Origin: a virus
IMG/VR virus record: IMGVR_UViG_3300044825_002608
Span: 35,658-99,657 of that record
Reading direction: 5' to 3' (one strand)
DNA: 64,000 nt
The notes under the pieces were generated by a model. It searched no databases, was not told the origin of the DNA, and worked only from the letters and a program-made list of their open reading frames with translations. The translations under genes and the position numbers were made by a program. Below are positions 1 through 10,049 of the stretch, one piece after another. Positions within the stretch are counted from its first letter, which is position 1. Every line of letters begins with the position of its first letter.

Positions 1-845
1 TTGATCCAACATCTAAGAAGTTTTCAAAATATTTCAAAGATCATGTGAAATATACTCCAAACTTTTTTTCCGAAGATTTGTATAGACAGAATTTTGGTAA
101 TGAAAAGGCAAAGTTGGTCACATCATTTTCTATGTTTTATGACTTAGAAAATCCTTGTCAGTTTGCAAAAGAAGTTAACAACATTCTTGATCCAGAAAAA
201 GGAATCTGGGTGTTGGAGCAAAGTTATATGCCAACTATGGTAGATAAAAATTCCTTTGACACCATATGCCATGAGCATCTTTCTTATTATGGAATGAAGC
301 AAATGAAATACATATTTGATCATTCTAATTTTAAGATTGTGGATTTTGAATTTAATGATGTGAATGGAGGAAGTGTATCCATTGTAGTTGCTAATAAAAA
401 TAGTCAGTATGTTGAATGTAGTGAAAAACTTAATTCAATTTTAAAATTTGAAATAGACGACGGATATAATACCGTTGAATTGTGGAAAAAATTTGAAGAT
501 AATATTAATTCCTGTAAAATTAAATTTTTTGAAATTGTTAATCAACTAAAGACTGATGGTCTAAGAATTGCTGCCTTGGGTGCTAGTACAAAGGGTAATA
601 TAACACTTCAAACTTGGAATCTAAGTGAATGTATAGAAGTAATAGGAGATGTAAATCCTGAAAAAAATGGATCATTTACCCCAGGTACATGGATTCCAAT
701 TAAAGATGAAAATAGTGTAATTGATCAGTACGATGTTTTTGTCATTCTTCCTTGGCATTTTAGAAACTTCTTCATGAATGCCGAAAAATTTAAAGGTAAA
801 AAACTTTTATTTCCTTTGCCAAATCCTGAACTTATCACGGTGTAA
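1..845 (+). CDS. NDP-sugar C-methyltransferase family (class I SAM methyltransferase), 5'-truncated by the window
   Basis: Frame is open from position 3 (DPTSKKF...). Motifs FDTICHEHLSYY, GASTKGN and ILPWHF are typical of NDP-hexose 3-C-methyltransferases. Confidence 0.85.
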   Translation, partial: DPTSKKFSKYFKDHVKYTPNFFSEDLYRQNFGNEKAKLVTSFSMFYDLENPCQFAKEVNNILDPEKGIWVLEQSYMPTMVDKNSFDTICHEHLSYYGMKQMKYIFDHSNFKIVDFEFNDVNGGSVSIVVANKNSQYVECSEKLNSILKFEIDDGYNTVELWKKFEDNINSCKIKFFEIVNQLKTDGLRIAALGASTKGNITLQTWNLSECIEVIGDVNPEKNGSFTPGTWIPIKDENSVIDQYDVFVILPWHFRNFFMNAEKFKGKKLLFPLPNPELITV

Positions 846-848
846 ATT

Positions 849-1790
849 ATGAAAATGAATAAAGATTCTAAAATTTTTGTAGCTGGTCATAGAGGATTAG
901 TTGGATCAGCAATCGTGAGATCTCTAAACGAAAGGGGATACACTAATATAGTAACAAGAACCAGGTCAGAGGTTGATTTGTTAAATCAATCGCAAGTCGA
1001 AGAATTTTTTAAAACAGAAAACATTGACTACGTTTTTGATGCAGCTGCCCGTGTTGGGGGAATTAATGCAAATAATAAATATTCTGCTGAATTTGTATAT
1101 GAGAATATTCAGATTCAAACTAATTTAATTCATTTCTCATGGAAATACGGTGTCAAAAAGTTTCTCTTTATTGGATCTGTTTGCATCTATCCAAAATATG
1201 CAGAAGTCCCTGTAAAAGAAGAATCTTTAATGACTGGTTATCTAGAACCTACAAATGATGCTTATGCCGTCGCTAAAATTTCGGGAATCAAAATGCTTCA
1301 GGCATACCATAAACAGTATGGATTTAAAAGCGTGTCTTTGATGCCATCTAACATCTATGGACCGGGGGACAATTTTCATCCAGAAAATGGGCACGTAATT
1401 CCTGCTATGATAACGAAATTTACCAATTCGAATGGAAAAAACGTTACATTCTGGGGCGATGGAACTCCAATGAGAGAATTTCTGTATTCTGATGATCTTG
1501 CAGATGCTTGTTTGTTTGCAATGGATAGATTTGAAAATGCAGAATTAATTAATGTAGGATCTGGCAATAACGTGAGCATCAAAGAACTATCGCAAATGGT
1601 AGCGTCAGTTGTTGGATATTCTGGTAAAATAGATTGGGACACTTCCAAACCAAATGGCACACCAAATAGACCTTTAGATTATTCCAAAATTAAAGAACTT
1701 GGTTGGCAACCAAAACACACTCTTCATGAGGGACTTAAAAAATCATATAAATGGTTTTTTGAAAACACTTGCTATGATTCATTAAAATAA
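849..1790 (+). CDS. fcl: GDP-L-fucose synthase
   Basis: GHRGLVGSA Rossmann motif, AARVGGI, GSVCIYPK, YAVAK catalytic motif, WGDGTPMREFLY. Confidence 0.96.
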   Translation: MKMNKDSKIFVAGHRGLVGSAIVRSLNERGYTNIVTRTRSEVDLLNQSQVEEFFKTENIDYVFDAAARVGGINANNKYSAEFVYENIQIQTNLIHFSWKYGVKKFLFIGSVCIYPKYAEVPVKEESLMTGYLEPTNDAYAVAKISGIKMLQAYHKQYGFKSVSLMPSNIYGPGDNFHPENGHVIPAMITKFTNSNGKNVTFWGDGTPMREFLYSDDLADACLFAMDRFENAELINVGSGNNVSIKELSQMVASVVGYSGKIDWDTSKPNGTPNRPLDYSKIKELGWQPKHTLHEGLKKSYKWFFENTCYDSLK

Positions 1791-1794
1791 AAAA

Positions 1795-2472
1795 ATGTAT
1801 AATAAAGTTTTTAATTTACAGGATTTTGAGATTTTTAATAAAATTCTATTAGAAAATCAGTGGAATTGTTTTCCACCTCAGCATCAATGGGAACACAGTA
1901 CTCATGTTTGTAAAGTTGTAAGTTTACTTGAAATAGTAAAGCAATTTGATAAACCACAAAAAATCGTAGACATAGGATCTGCTGCTGGAGCCTTTCCACA
2001 CTTAGCACAAAAAATGGGACATGATGTAACTGCTATTGATCTGGAGGGGTATAAGTACTTTTCTCAACTTGGAACAAATGCACTTTCTAAACTAATTACT
2101 GGAGATATTTTTGTAGAACTTGATAAACTGGAAGACAATAGCGTAGATATTTTTTCTGATGTCTGCTCAGTTACTCATTTTAATCACGAATCATTTACAA
2201 ACAAAGTTCATGATTTAAATCAATGGGAAAGAGTTTCTCAAAAAATTCACAGACCTTTGAAAAAGAATGGGCACTTTATAGTTTCAACAGATTGTAATGT
2301 TAGTAATACAAATGGTGAATTTATTTCACCATCCAAAATTATTGAATATGTTGAAAAAAATGGATTTGCTCTAAATGGTGAGTACAAAAAAGAATATGAA
2401 AATACAGATTGTTATATTGTATATAATGGTCAAAAACTTTCAGTAGTGTGCTTGGACTTCATAAAGTTATGA
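1795..2472 (+). CDS. class I SAM-dependent methyltransferase
   Basis: IVDIGSAAG motif I, VTAIDL, LKKNGHFIVS. Confidence 0.75.
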   Translation: MYNKVFNLQDFEIFNKILLENQWNCFPPQHQWEHSTHVCKVVSLLEIVKQFDKPQKIVDIGSAAGAFPHLAQKMGHDVTAIDLEGYKYFSQLGTNALSKLITGDIFVELDKLEDNSVDIFSDVCSVTHFNHESFTNKVHDLNQWERVSQKIHRPLKKNGHFIVSTDCNVSNTNGEFISPSKIIEYVEKNGFALNGEYKKEYENTDCYIVYNGQKLSVVCLDFIKL

Positions 2473-3179
2473 AAAAAAAATTTGCTGTATGTTTTTCTGG
2501 ATATCCTAGATTTGTCAAAAAAACATTTCCTGGGATATCTGAAAATTTATTAAAAGGACTGGGTGATTATGACATATATGCACACTTTCAATGGACTGAT
2601 GATTGGAAAAATAAAAAAATCCATCATTGTTTTGATAAAACATTCGAATCAAATGAATTAGAAGATTTTATTGAAGTATATACTCCATTTAATCTAAAAA
2701 AAATAAATGTAATTAAACCATATAATTTTGACGTATCAAATTACAATGGACTATCGTTATATCCTGGAATGAATTTAACGATTGAACAGAGTAGAGATCA
2801 ATTTTATAGAAGTAAGTGTCAATATCAGGGAATAGTTGATTGTATTAATTTAATTGATAATTTGGAAGATTATGAATACTTTATCAGGATTAGATCTGAT
2901 TTGATTTTTGAAAAGAAGTTAGAACTTAAAAATTTTGATAGCGATTGTATTGTAAATCAAAATGGATATATTGCTGGTTGGGATAGGAAATTTTGCGATT
3001 GGTTTTTTATCTGTCCGCGAAATCAATTAAACTTTTTTAAAGAACTTTCTAATATTGAACACCATTATAAAGACGGAATAGTTGCAATGCATTCTTTAGT
3101 AGAAGAATTGGGTATTCCATATAATATGAAAATTGACGAATTTAATATTCAATTACCATTTAAATTTTACTCTGAATAA
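2469..3179 (+). CDS. putative glycosyltransferase-like protein (AxxxSG[QY]PR...RxD family), paralog 1
   Basis: ATG overlaps the upstream TGA. FAVCFSGYPR...IRIRSD...DWF, similar to ORFs 3185 and 8371. Confidence 0.6.
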   Translation: MKKKFAVCFSGYPRFVKKTFPGISENLLKGLGDYDIYAHFQWTDDWKNKKIHHCFDKTFESNELEDFIEVYTPFNLKKINVIKPYNFDVSNYNGLSLYPGMNLTIEQSRDQFYRSKCQYQGIVDCINLIDNLEDYEYFIRIRSDLIFEKKLELKNFDSDCIVNQNGYIAGWDRKFCDWFFICPRNQLNFFKELSNIEHHYKDGIVAMHSLVEELGIPYNMKIDEFNIQLPFKFYSE

Positions 3180-3184
3180 ACTGT

Positions 3185-3961
3185 ATGAAAGTAGCATTAA
3201 TTTTATCTGGTCAACCCAGATTTGTAAGAGAATCTTTTCCATATCTGCATCAAAATATTATCAATCAATATGATGTTGATATTTTTGCACATTTATGGTT
3301 TGATGAAAATCTAACTAAAAATCCATATAAAGTTGAAGGTAATTGGACTTCTCAAACAATTGATCAAAATGCTGTAGAATATTTCAAAGAACTTTATAGA
3401 CCAAAATTAATTGAAGTTGAAGAAAGTATTCTTTTTAGAAATAAAAATTTAAACTTTGAACCTAGTTTAAAAAAGTATGTGAATTGGCCTACACCAAATG
3501 CTCCTGAAAATATGAAAAATGGAACCGAAGGGTTTTCAAATTTGATTAAATCAAATCAGATATCATATTTTTATAGTTTGAATAAGGCAAATAATTTAAA
3601 AAGAAAATATGAATATACTCATGATTTTAAGTATGATTGGGTAATTAGAACAAGAACAGATATTCAGTTGCATAATGCATTAAGACTAGAAACCTATGAT
3701 TCAAACTTTGTTCATTACACTGACATTAATAATCAAGAGTCTGTAACTCCTGGTTTGATATGTGATTGGATAAATTTTGGAAATTCTTATGTGATGGATA
3801 TATTTAATAGTTGTTTTTCGGTTTATGACCATCTCATAAATATGTGCATAGAAACTAACGAAGGATCCTGGTGTCCAGAATTAGTTCACCGAAAAATGAT
3901 TGAATTGCACGGTATTAAAGCACAAGGGCACTTCATTTCAGCATCTTTACCTAGATTTTAA
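3185..3961 (+). CDS. putative glycosyltransferase-like protein (SGQPR...RxD family), paralog 2
   Basis: KVALILSGQPR, FAHLW, YDWVIRTRTD, DWINFG, PE motif. Confidence 0.6.
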   Translation: MKVALILSGQPRFVRESFPYLHQNIINQYDVDIFAHLWFDENLTKNPYKVEGNWTSQTIDQNAVEYFKELYRPKLIEVEESILFRNKNLNFEPSLKKYVNWPTPNAPENMKNGTEGFSNLIKSNQISYFYSLNKANNLKRKYEYTHDFKYDWVIRTRTDIQLHNALRLETYDSNFVHYTDINNQESVTPGLICDWINFGNSYVMDIFNSCFSVYDHLINMCIETNEGSWCPELVHRKMIELHGIKAQGHFISASLPRF

Positions 3962-3962
3962 T

Positions 3963-4703
3963 ATGAATATAGTAATACCCATGGCAGGAGAGGGAACTAG
4001 ATTTCCCCGAGATCAGTATAAAATACCCAAGCCACTAATAGAGATTAATGGTAAACCAATGATTCAATGTGCTGTTGAATCTCTTGGAATAATAGGAACT
4101 TATCATTTTCTGGTTAGAAAAGATAGTTATTATGATCAGGTATGTACCCTTCTTCACAAAATTCTTCCAGATCCAAAAATTATTAGTGTTGAGGAAACTA
4201 CCGAAGGTCCTGCTTCAAGTTGTCTCTTATTTAAAAACTACATTAATAACGAGGAAGAATTAATTATATGTAATTGTGATCAAATAATGTTATGGGATCC
4301 TGAATTATTCTTGTTAAACGCTAGGTACTATAAGTATGATGGTATGATCGTAACATATAGTACTAATACTCCAAAAAATAGTTTTGCCCGCGTTAACTTT
4401 GAAGGATTTGTGGAACAGATCAAAGAGAAGGAAGTTATTAGTAATATATCTTTAAATGGAATACATTATTGGAGAAAAGGTAAATATTTTGTACACAGTG
4501 CCGAAAATATGATACAATGTGATGATAGAGCTCCTAATGGTGAATTCTACGTTGGTCCAACCTATAACTATATGATAAAGGATGGACTGAAAGTAGGTGT
4601 TCATCATATTCCAAACTACCAACACAATCCAGTGGGAGTTCCAGAAGATCTACAACTTTATATTGAAAAAGTAAAAAACAATGCAAATTACAAAAATCAC
4701 TGA
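3963..4703 (+). CDS. sugar-phosphate nucleotidyltransferase (NTP_transferase family)
   Basis: NIVIPMAGEGTRF...PKPLIEING, ICNCDQ, NGEFYV. ATG at 3963. Confidence 0.85.
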   Translation: MNIVIPMAGEGTRFPRDQYKIPKPLIEINGKPMIQCAVESLGIIGTYHFLVRKDSYYDQVCTLLHKILPDPKIISVEETTEGPASSCLLFKNYINNEEELIICNCDQIMLWDPELFLLNARYYKYDGMIVTYSTNTPKNSFARVNFEGFVEQIKEKEVISNISLNGIHYWRKGKYFVHSAENMIQCDDRAPNGEFYVGPTYNYMIKDGLKVGVHHIPNYQHNPVGVPEDLQLYIEKVKNNANYKNH

Positions 4704-5007
4704 TTATGTTAGGGGGTGGTTTATTGGAAACTTTGAACCTTCGGTATTAAAAACATCAGATTTTGAAGTCGGTGTTTTAACACATAAAAAGGGAGAATAC
4801 TGGGCACCACATTATCATAAAGAAAGTATCGAATATAATGTCCTGATAACTGGTAAAATGGTTGTTCAGGGAAATGAGTTAAATAGTGGTGATGTATTCG
4901 TATTTTCCAAGGGAGAGATTGCTGATCCAATTTTTCTTGAAGATTGTACATTAGTTGTTGTAAAAGTACCTTCTATTCCATCTGATAAATTTGAGGTTGA
5001 AAAATGA
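4681..5007 (+). CDS. cupin-fold protein
   Basis: PHYHKESIEYNVLITG metal-binding cupin motif, GDVFVF. Confidence 0.7.
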   Translation: MQITKITDYVRGWFIGNFEPSVLKTSDFEVGVLTHKKGEYWAPHYHKESIEYNVLITGKMVVQGNELNSGDVFVFSKGEIADPIFLEDCTLVVVKVPSIPSDKFEVEK

Positions 5008-6242
5008 AATTTTTTAGAGAATTAACTGAACAAGAAAAAAATCGCTGTGTAGTTGCAACATATTATATTGAATCTTATGAACAAATTGGTTCACTGAGAG
5101 ATGCTGCTTGGAATCTCGCAATTGGACAAAGTGTAGGTAATCCAAAAGTTCGTAACCGCTGGGAAAGTGATGAACTTTTTGAACTGGCATCTTGCGTCAT
5201 TTATGAAGATGAGCAGGAACTCTCCCAAAAATTTTCTGGAAAAGTTAAAATTGGTTTTCCTAAGGTTAATACTGATTGGGAAGGTGACGGTATTTCTCAT
5301 CTTCTTTGTCAAGTAATGGGTGGGCAGTTAGACATTGATGTTTTTAAAGTTTGTCGTCTTCAGAAACTAGAATTTCCTGCAGATGTAGAATCATTTTTTC
5401 TTGGACCCAAGAATGGTATTGATGGTATCCGTCAGTTTGTTAATCGCTATGACAAACCACTTTCGGGTGCAATTGTAAAACCAAAGACCGGTATTTCACC
5501 ACAAACTCTTGCTGAAATGGTCAAGGAACTTCTTGATGGTGGTGTAGATTTTATTAAGGAAGATGAGATTCTTTCCAATCCTTCATTCTGCCGTCTAGAG
5601 GATCGTGTAGAGTTGATTTCCAATATTGTGAATAACTGTGGAAGAAATGTAATTTATACATTTTGCATTAATGGTGATCACCATACTATTCTTGATCGTG
5701 CTAAGTTTGTTGCAGATAATGGTGGTAATGGAATTCATATCAACTTCTGGTCTGGTCTTGGAGTTTACAACTCCGTAAGAAAAATGAATCTTCCTTTGTT
5801 CATGCATTATCAAAAAAGTGGTGACAAGATTTTGACTGATAAGAGGCACGCATTTGGTATTGATTGGGATGTTCTATGCGATCTTGCTGGACTTTGTGGT
5901 GTGGATACTATTCATGCTGGAATGTGGGGTGGTTATCTGAGTGATGACGAAGATGAACTACGTCAAACTATGGCAACACTTCACAAGAGAAATGTTCTCC
6001 CGGCACTGAGTTGTGGAATGCATCCAGGTATCGTGAATACTACTGCAGAGAAATTTGGAACTGACTTCCTTGCAAATTGTGGTGGTGCAATTCATGGACA
6101 TCCTGGTGGAACTCTATCTGGTGCGTTGGCGATGAGGCAGGCAATTGATAAAACTCCTGGTCCAGAATTCCGTTCCGCTATCGATAAATGGGGTTATGAA
6201 ACTGGTGGTGGATCTTTGCCTGAGTGGGTACTAGATTTTTGA
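5004..6242 (+). CDS. RuBisCO-like protein (form IV RLP; RuBisCO large-subunit fold)
   Basis: KPKTG, GGVDFIKEDE (carbamylation motif), DTIHAG, LSCG, GGAIHGHPGG. Lacks the carboxylase residues E60, H294/R295 and K334. Confidence 0.92.
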   Translation: MKFFRELTEQEKNRCVVATYYIESYEQIGSLRDAAWNLAIGQSVGNPKVRNRWESDELFELASCVIYEDEQELSQKFSGKVKIGFPKVNTDWEGDGISHLLCQVMGGQLDIDVFKVCRLQKLEFPADVESFFLGPKNGIDGIRQFVNRYDKPLSGAIVKPKTGISPQTLAEMVKELLDGGVDFIKEDEILSNPSFCRLEDRVELISNIVNNCGRNVIYTFCINGDHHTILDRAKFVADNGGNGIHINFWSGLGVYNSVRKMNLPLFMHYQKSGDKILTDKRHAFGIDWDVLCDLAGLCGVDTIHAGMWGGYLSDDEDELRQTMATLHKRNVLPALSCGMHPGIVNTTAEKFGTDFLANCGGAIHGHPGGTLSGALAMRQAIDKTPGPEFRSAIDKWGYETGGGSLPEWVLDF

Positions 6243-6243
6243 T

Positions 6244-6738
6244 ATGAAAATTATTTCTCATCGAGGCAATTTAACTGGCATTAATCCAATTAGAGAAAAT
6301 AGTATCGATTATATTGAAGAGGCTATTGCTGAAGGATTTGATGTTGAAATTGATTTGAGAGTTGAGGATCATCAGTGTTATCTTGGTCACGACGATCCTC
6401 AATATTATGTGACCATGGAATGGCTGAGAAAATATAAAGATGTTCTTTGGATTCATTGTAAGAATCGTGAGGCACTTGAAAAAATATCTAGTTCTGTGGT
6501 AGAATTTAACTACTTTTGGCATGAGAGTGATCGATACACTTTAACCAGCAAGGGAATTGGGTGGGTTTTAGTCGGACAACTACCATATTCAAAATCTGTG
6601 ATTGTCTTGCCTGAAAATAGTGAATTGTTCTCTCAAAATCCAGAATACATACAAGAAGGATACGGTATTTGTACTGATAATCCAATTTTTTATAAAAAAA
6701 TAGTAAAAGAGATTAAACCTTATGAAGTGGCAAACTGA
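6244..6738 (+). CDS. glycerophosphodiester phosphodiesterase / PI-PLC-like protein
   Basis: IISHRGN, GFDVEIDL, LGHD, WIHCKN, GICTD. Confidence 0.75.
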   Translation: MKIISHRGNLTGINPIRENSIDYIEEAIAEGFDVEIDLRVEDHQCYLGHDDPQYYVTMEWLRKYKDVLWIHCKNREALEKISSSVVEFNYFWHESDRYTLTSKGIGWVLVGQLPYSKSVIVLPENSELFSQNPEYIQEGYGICTDNPIFYKKIVKEIKPYEVAN

Positions 6739-7363
6739 TCTTATCAAAGATATTAGAAGCAATACCCCATATGATGATACCGAAGCAGGTATCAATCATT
6801 TTCTACATATCTGGCCTGGTATTGAAGAAGATCCTGGTGTTCTAAATCCTTTTGATGGTGTTGAGTGTAGTGAGTGTAACAAAGCAGCTTTGTTGGAGCA
6901 ATTTTTAAAAGTTCGTGATAATTGTGAAGCAATTCTTGAAATTGGAATTGGTAGAAATGGTGAAAATTCTTTTGCTCACGTTTTCTTTAAAAATAAAAAA
7001 GAAGAAACTAAGTATGTAGGAATTGACATTGAAGACCGTAGTTGGCTGATTGATTGTGGTGAAAACATCTACACAATTCAAGGTAGTAGTTCAAACTATG
7101 AGGAAAATGTAGAAATCTTCAAAACTATGGGGATTGAAAAGTTTGATTTTATTTTTATTGATGGCGACCATAGTGTAAATCAAGTTCTTAGAGATTGGGA
7201 ATATTCAAATCTTCTTAATGAAGGTGGTATTGTTGGATTCCATGATACTAGTCATCATACTGGACCTTATCTATTCGTTAGAAATTTAAATAAGGATGTT
7301 TGGGATGTAATTGAAAATGCTTGCCCACAAGACTATGGAATTGGATTTGCTAGAAAAAAATAA
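6722..7363 (+). CDS. SAM-dependent methyltransferase (Methyltransf_24-like)
   Basis: ILEIGIG, FIFIDGDHS, GGIVGFHD. Confidence 0.8.
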   Translation: MKWQTDLIKDIRSNTPYDDTEAGINHFLHIWPGIEEDPGVLNPFDGVECSECNKAALLEQFLKVRDNCEAILEIGIGRNGENSFAHVFFKNKKEETKYVGIDIEDRSWLIDCGENIYTIQGSSSNYEENVEIFKTMGIEKFDFIFIDGDHSVNQVLRDWEYSNLLNEGGIVGFHDTSHHTGPYLFVRNLNKDVWDVIENACPQDYGIGFARKK

Positions 7364-7366
7364 ATC

Positions 7367-8374
7367 ATGAATCACATTGAAAAACTAAAGTCAAAGTATA
7401 AAGTTATTGTTTGGGGATTTAAACCTAATTCCCAAGGAATTTATAAAAATACTGTAGGATATGTTTGGAATGGATTTTATAGAGGTTTCAAATCATTAGG
7501 GTTTGAAACCTATTGGTTTTCTGATGATGATTATGATGAAACAATAGATTATTCTAATTGTATCTTCATCGCTGAAGCCTGGGATAGTAATAAGATACCC
7601 ATTAATGATACTTCTATTTACTATGTGCATTGTGCATACGATCCTGCCAAATATATTGGAAAGGTGAAGAAGTTCGTTGACATGCGTTATAATCAAAAAT
7701 ATATGCGTAATCCAAATTATATTTTTGATCGAAATAAAGATGAAGACGTTAAATTGGGACCATGTTGCTATTATCAACAGTCTACAAATAAAACCATTCA
7801 TCTTAAGAATGGATATGTTGACTATGATATTGAAGACTTTGATAAAATTTACACAAACTGGGCAACCGATTTACTTCCCGAAGAAATGAATGAAAATGAC
7901 ATTTATTTGGAAAGGGAAAATCTAATTGTATTTCTTGGGACAGTCTATTCTGATCAATACACAAATATTCCAGAATTACAGGAATTTGCACAGGTTTGTG
8001 AAAAAAATAATGTCAATTTCTTAGTTAATCCTTACTCTTATGGATCTGACCAAATTTCTGTCAGTGATTACATATCAAATTACAAAAGATCATTATTTGG
8101 ATTGGATTTAAGGGGTAAGGATAATAGAGAAACTGGATATATCCCATGTAGGGTATTCAAAAATGCAAGTTATGGTCTTTTAAGTACAACGAATTCTGAA
8201 GAAGTTTATAAAGAAATGGAAGGTTATTGTGTTTATAATCCTTCCGTGACTCAATTATTTTATGATGCTATGCAAAAAAGAACAGATTTTGAATTCATTA
8301 AAGACTCTTTTTATTATGTAAAAGAAAATCATACTTATATCAATAGATGTTCTGACCTACTGAAAATTTTATGA
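7367..8374 (+). CDS. putative GT-B glycosyltransferase
   Basis: C-terminal RVFKNASYG...VKENHTYINR resembles CgeB/GT1-like C-termini; cluster context agrees. Confidence 0.55.
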   Translation: MNHIEKLKSKYKVIVWGFKPNSQGIYKNTVGYVWNGFYRGFKSLGFETYWFSDDDYDETIDYSNCIFIAEAWDSNKIPINDTSIYYVHCAYDPAKYIGKVKKFVDMRYNQKYMRNPNYIFDRNKDEDVKLGPCCYYQQSTNKTIHLKNGYVDYDIEDFDKIYTNWATDLLPEEMNENDIYLERENLIVFLGTVYSDQYTNIPELQEFAQVCEKNNVNFLVNPYSYGSDQISVSDYISNYKRSLFGLDLRGKDNRETGYIPCRVFKNASYGLLSTTNSEEVYKEMEGYCVYNPSVTQLFYDAMQKRTDFEFIKDSFYYVKENHTYINRCSDLLKIL

Positions 8375-9093
8375 AAGTAGCATTTTGTTTTTGTGGACAA
8401 CCTAGAAATGTTGTTAAAACTCTTGATAACATTAAGGAATCGTGGGGAACTAATCAAGAATTAGATTTTTTCTTCCATACATGGAAACCTGACGGCACAA
8501 CTCCTTATCGGATTGATACGCCGTCTGATTTTTATTTTAAGGGTATTGAGCAATACTTACTGAAAAAATTAAATCCAGTTATGTATGAAATTCAGGAGCA
8601 AATAATCTTCGAAAATCAATATGAAGATTCTCCTCACTGGCCTACCCGTAGTGTTTTTATTCCAAATCCATCTCAAAATATTCAATCATTTTTTTACTCT
8701 TTAAAAAAATCTAATGATTTAAAGAGGCAATATGAAATCGAAAACAATTTTCGTTACGATTGTGTAATTAGATGTAGATTTGATTATATCTTTACAAAGA
8801 AATACAATGTTAAAGATTTTGACTTAAATTATTTAAATGTAAAAAATGATTGTAAGCATACTGAATATGCAATTAATGATCATATTGCAGTATCAAATAG
8901 TGAAAATATAGATGCTTATTGTTCTGTATTTGATAATCTTGAAAAATATTATAATCAGGGTATTGAGTTCAATGCTGAAGTAATGCTAGGATATAATGCT
9001 ATGATGCATGGATTAAAATATCACAAAACTCTTGGTGATGGTAAAGAGTCTTATGTATCAACTCAATTTGAAAGAGCGAAGGTTTTCTCATGA
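8371..9093 (+). CDS. putative glycosyltransferase-like protein (GQPR...RxD family), paralog 3
   Basis: KVAFCFCGQPR, FFHTW, YDCVIRCRFD, INDH. Confidence 0.6.
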   Translation: MKVAFCFCGQPRNVVKTLDNIKESWGTNQELDFFFHTWKPDGTTPYRIDTPSDFYFKGIEQYLLKKLNPVMYEIQEQIIFENQYEDSPHWPTRSVFIPNPSQNIQSFFYSLKKSNDLKRQYEIENNFRYDCVIRCRFDYIFTKKYNVKDFDLNYLNVKNDCKHTEYAINDHIAVSNSENIDAYCSVFDNLEKYYNQGIEFNAEVMLGYNAMMHGLKYHKTLGDGKESYVSTQFERAKVFS

Positions 9094-10049
9094 ATATTGC
9101 TTTTATTGGTCCTGGTGTAATGCCAATCCCACCAGATGGTTGGGGTGCAGTGGAAATGATGATTTGGGATTATGCTACAATTATGGGTGATCTTGGTCAC
9201 ACTGGTGCAATCATTAATACTCCAGATAGGAATGAAATTATTAATGAATTGATGCAGGATAAATTTGATGTGGTTCACTTACATTATGATGTGTTCCATG
9301 ACATAATCCCAATTATACTTGAAACTATAGATACAAAACTAATCGTTTCTAGTCATTATCCATATATTAACAATCCTAGTATGTGGAATCGTGATAATTA
9401 TCATCCAATAATGAATTCTTATGCGAGAAACGATAATTTTTATATCTTTGCATCTAGTCAAAATGACATCAATACATTTATAAACCATGGTGCAAAAGAA
9501 GAAAATTGTTGGATGAGTAGACTAGGAGTTCTTTCTAGTTCTTACAAGTTTGATCAGAATCATACATATGAAAAAACTCTGTGCTTCTCTCAAATTTGTG
9601 ACCGTAAGCGACAGTATTTAATTCAAGATTTTGATGATGTTGATTTTGTTGGTCGTATAGAATATGGTAAATTTAATAATCGAAAAAATTATAAAGGAGA
9701 ATATACTAGAGATACTTTAAATTCTGAAATTACAAAGTATGGTAATTTTACACTATTAAGTTCTATTGAAAATACAACTCCTCTTGCAGTAAAAGAAGCT
9801 CTAGTTTGTGGGTTGGGTGTAGTTGTTTCTGAAGCAGTTTCTTTAGAATTAGATTGCACTCAAAAATTTATTGATGTAATTCCTGAAAATAAGATCAATG
9901 ATTTATCTTTTCTACATGATGTGATTAAATCTAATCGAGAGTATTCTATTTCTCATAGAGAGGAAATAAAACAATATGGTGATAATGTTTTTGGATTGCA
10001 GAGTATCATTGAAAATGAATATATTCCAAAATTAGAATCTCTACTATGA
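9090..10049 (+). CDS. GT4-like glycosyltransferase
   Basis: IPPDGWGAVE N-terminus; ENTTPLAVKEA (EX7E-like). Confidence 0.75.
   Translation: MNIAFIGPGVMPIPPDGWGAVEMMIWDYATIMGDLGHTGAIINTPDRNEIINELMQDKFDVVHLHYDVFHDIIPIILETIDTKLIVSSHYPYINNPSMWNRDNYHPIMNSYARNDNFYIFASSQNDINTFINHGAKEENCWMSRLGVLSSSYKFDQNHTYEKTLCFSQICDRKRQYLIQDFDDVDFVGRIEYGKFNNRKNYKGEYTRDTLNSEITKYGNFTLLSSIENTTPLAVKEALVCGLGVVVSEAVSLELDCTQKFIDVIPENKINDLSFLHDVIKSNREYSISHREEIKQYGDNVFGLQSIIENEYIPKLESLL

Noticed and set aside
5004-6242. True CO2-fixing RuBisCO (rbcL)
   Set aside because: E60, H294, R295 and K334 equivalents are substituted, and no rbcS or carboxysome genes are present.
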